Shown here: positions 61,311 to 64,000 of the stretch, one piece after another
Position numbering within the stretch: position 1 is the stretch's first letter
Layout of the letters: every line of letters starts with the position of its first letter
Translations under genes and position numbers: made by a program
The notes under the pieces: generated by a model
Databases searched by the model: none
The model's input: the letters and a program-made list of their open reading frames with translations, nothing else
What the model was told of the DNA's origin: nothing
Assembly (NCBI GenBank): GCA_963699545.1
Contig: CAVOUE010000003.1
Coordinates: forward strand, 608,001 to 672,000
From: Nitrospirota bacterium
GTDB lineage: Bacteria; Nitrospirota; Thermodesulfovibrionia; Thermodesulfovibrionales; UBA9159
Length of the DNA stretch: 64,000 nucleotides
Direction of reading: 5' to 3'

Positions 61311-62763
61311 GTTTCAATCCACGCTCCCGCGCGGGGAGCGACCTGGCATAGCGCTAGCAGTCACGGCTGCGATGCAGTGTTTCAATCCACGCTCCCGCGC
61401 GGGGAGCGACGTCGCAGGCTGCATGAACGCCGGAGATTGGTACGTGTTTCAATCCACGCTCCCGCGCGGGGAGCGACCCCGGCAGGCATTAAGCTATCGC
61501 AGGTGATAGCATGTTTCAATCCACGCTCCCGCGCGGGGAGCGACGCACGATGCCGCTGATGCATCGTCTGCGTGAGTACACGTTTCAATCCACGCTCCCG
61601 CGCGGGGAGCGACGTACTACGCGGCGCCGACAGGCCACGATCATATCATGTTTCAATCCACGCTCCCGCGCGGGGAGCGACTCACGCATGCAGATGCATC
61701 GCGACTGCGCTGCATGTGTTTCAATCCACGCTCCCGCGCGGGGAGCGACGTTCACGCGGCCTCGACATGCCACGATCATACTGTTTCAATCCACGCTCCC
61801 GCGCGGGGAGCGACCAGCGACTCGGTCAGCGACTGACGATCTCGGAACTGGTTTCAATCCACGCTCCCGCGCGGGGAGCGACGTCCATCGCTGCAAGTCG
61901 CTCGAGCGAGTTCATGCAGTTTCAATCCACGCTCCCGCGCGGGGAGCGACAGTACAGGTCGATCCATGTGTGCCGCGATGCCACGAGTTTCAATCCACGC
62001 TCCCGCGCGGGGAGCGACGACTATGCAATGCGACATGTATCAGCATCATCGATGAGTTTCAATCCACGCTCCCGCGCGGGGAGCGACGGCTATCGAGGCA
62101 CGGCAGGGCACGGCGTGCGCTGGTTTCAATCCACGCTCCCGCGCGGGGAGCGACCAGACTCACGATCAGCGTATCGAATCTGGCGATGATGTTTCAATCC
62201 ACGCTCCCGCGCGGGGAGCGACATCGATGTCAGCTATGCAGCATGGCTAGGACTACGAGTTTCAATCCACGCTCCCGCGCGGGGAGCGACGCTGTCGATA
62301 GACGTACATGACGTCTATCGAGATGTTTCAATCCACGCTCCCGCGCGGGGAGCGACGTCATGCGCTGGCCTGAGACCGTGCGACTGATGTCAGTTTCAAT
62401 CCACGCTCCCGCGCGGGGAGCGACTGTCGTAGTCGCCATCAGTTGCCATGCCTGCGATCAGTTTCAATCCACGCTCCCGCGCGGGGAGCGACCTCAAGCG
62501 CATGACGTATGTCTCGGCGTTCGCATTGTTTCAATCCACGCTCCCGCGCGGGGAGCGACTCACCGTCTGCAGCTCGAACGTCGTCACGTCCAATGTGTTT
62601 CAATCCACGCTCCCGCGCGGGGAGCGACCTCGACGTCGACAGTCATCGCCGATGCCGCGATATGTTTCAATCCACGCTCCCGCGCGGGGAGCGACCGGCA
62701 CGAGCTGCCGAGATCATGCAGGTCGAGATGTGTTTCAATCCACGCTCCCGCGCGGGGAGCGAC
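61311..62763 (-). CRISPR. Type I-C CRISPR array: 22 identical 32-bp repeats, 21 spacers of 33-37 bp
   Basis: Repeat on the minus strand is GTCGCTCCCCGCGCGGGAGCGTGGATTGAAAC. Counted manually. Leader and cas2 lie on the right. Confidence 0.97.
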
Positions 62764-62950
62764 TGTTAAGGTACAACTCAAGAAAATGAAAGGAAAAACT
62801 GTGCGCTTTTTGCGAAGGCGTCCCTTTTTATCCCCGCAAAACTATCTGTTGTCAAAGAACAGTTCATATAAGGCTTTATTCAACAAGCCTTTTTTGCCTT
62901 TTGCGAACCTCCAGCTGAACCCATGTGAGCCCATAGTTCGCAGAACACAA
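62764..62950 (-). promoter_or_regulatory. CRISPR leader
   Basis: AT-rich non-coding stretch between cas2 and the first repeat, with repeated TGCGAA/TTCGCA motifs. Confidence 0.75.
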
Positions 62951-63241
62951 TCATATGAGCAAAGGACCTTCTTGATCTAAAGCCTCTTTGGCCCCCACAT
63001 GCTCAACCCGATTATGCCAATTGGAACCCAGATAATAAAATCGCAGGCTGTCTTTCTCCGTATCAATCTCGGAAATCAGCCTTTCTTTCAGCATGGTCCA
63101 CTGCGCGGGATCGACAATACATTCAAACACCGAGTACTGAACTCTTTGTCCGTAATCTTGGCAGGTCTTCGCAACTCTGCGCAGCCGCCGCTGTCCCGCA
63201 GGAGTTGTCGTCGCCACATCATAGCTGACAATTACAAGCAT
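62951..63241 (-). CDS. cas2: CRISPR-associated endoribonuclease Cas2
   Basis: VSYDV...RRLRRVAK.C..YGQRVQYSVFEC...DSLRFY.LG. Confidence 0.96.
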   Translation of the reverse strand: MLVIVSYDVATTTPAGQRRLRRVAKTCQDYGQRVQYSVFECIVDPAQWTMLKERLISEIDTEKDSLRFYYLGSNWHNRVEHVGAKEALDQEGPLLI

Positions 63242-63250
63242 GGGTTATCC

Positions 63251-64000
63251 TCATTTCCAAATAAACGGCGGATAACTGTCAATATCTCCCCTGAGGTAAC
63301 GCGCCATCAACAGTGCCTGCGCATAAGGCAGAAGACCGACCGCCATCTTCTCCTTGAGAAAAGGATGCTCTATCTCCTCCTGCTTGCGTTTCTGATAAGC
63401 GACAAGGACCGTCTTTCTCGTGTCATCATCCATCCATACCGCCCCTGATTCCTTCTTCTTGAAGCCCTTGGCCTGCACCTGAGAGAGATTGATCAGAGAA
63501 AGAGTGAGCCTATCAGCGATAAACGGCCTGAACTCTTCCATAACATCGAGCGCAAGACTGTATCGCCCCGGCCGGTCCCTGTGCAAAAAGCCGACGGCCG
63601 GATCAAGCCCGACAGACTCAAGCGCCGAACGCACATCATGCATCAGGAGCGTATACAGGAATGACAGCAGGCAGTTGACGCTATCCAACGGAGGCCTCCG
63701 ATTGCGATCACAAAATGTAAAATCATCCTTTTGACACGTTATTAGGTTCCCAAAGACCTCAAAATAAGCGTTCGCCGAATCGCCTTCTATCCCGCGCAAA
63801 ACATCAAGAGGCAATTCGAACTGCAATCTTCTCATTGCGTTTGAGAGCGTCTGCGAGGCTGCTATAATTGCCTCCGAAGCGATCTTTTCCGAATGGTCTC
63901 TTAACGCCCGCTGAAGTACTGTCCGGCAGTTTGCGATCTTGCCTGTCACCATGGCGCACGCAATCGACGCGGATGCTGCCAGGTCATCGGCGCGGCGATA
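63251..64000 (-). CDS. cas1: Type I-C Cas1 (N-terminus outside the window)
   Basis: LRGIEG, RNRRPPLD.VN.LLSF.Y, GLDPAVGFLH, LALDVMEEFR, C-terminal YPPFIWK. Confidence 0.96.
   Translation of the reverse strand, partial: YRRADDLAASASIACAMVTGKIANCRTVLQRALRDHSEKIASEAIIAASQTLSNAMRRLQFELPLDVLRGIEGDSANAYFEVFGNLITCQKDDFTFCDRNRRPPLDSVNCLLSFLYTLLMHDVRSALESVGLDPAVGFLHRDRPGRYSLALDVMEEFRPFIADRLTLSLINLSQVQAKGFKKKESGAVWMDDDTRKTVLVAYQKRKQEEIEHPFLKEKMAVGLLPYAQALLMARYLRGDIDSYPPFIWK

Noticed and set aside
61343-62731. Self-targeting spacers within this window
   Set aside because: No match noticed by eye. An exhaustive search could not be run.
61297-62980. Several ORFs spanning the CRISPR array
   Set aside because: They are translations of repeat-spacer units (FQSTLPRGER, VSIHAPARGAT), not genes.

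Overview
Bacterial chromosomal window. Gene content (HspR-type heat-shock operon, multiheme cytochromes, IPTL-CTERM protein, DHH-CBS tRNA nucleotidyltransferase) suggests an anaerobic Nitrospirota/Desulfobacterota-like organism (inference). In order it holds: an envelope-modification operon (PAP2-ArnT fusion, GT2, flippase-like); an RND pump; a RelE-type toxin-antitoxin pair; dnaJ-hspR-clpB; a sigma54-type NHL/multiheme cytochrome operon; a CDP-sugar/glycosylation cluster; rpiB-glyA-nrdR; radical SAM-rng-larE; an accessory Vsr/C5-methyltransferase/DUF4928-like island followed by an IS3 element; polX-DGC-tRNA nucleotidyltransferase; an MshEN-PilT fusion; fba with two pfk genes; several small secreted proteins; and the cas1-cas2-leader-array end of a type I-C CRISPR locus (22 repeats). 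Many conserved genes carry single-base frameshifts, most likely long-read consensus errors, so broken genes need caution. Most notable observations: (1) CRISPR spacers nearly free of homopolymers, palindrome-rich and partly similar to one another; (2) a probable Vsr-methyltransferase fusion hidden by a 1-bp indel; (3) a rhodanese whose frame continues through a TGA with a SECIS-like hairpin; (4) a retraction-type ATPase with a c-di-GMP-binding MshEN domain; (5) a cytochrome operon with inserted beta-repeat modules; (6) a dispersed TAGGGACACAT palindromic element at accessory-gene boundaries; (7) a beta-defensin-like secreted peptide.
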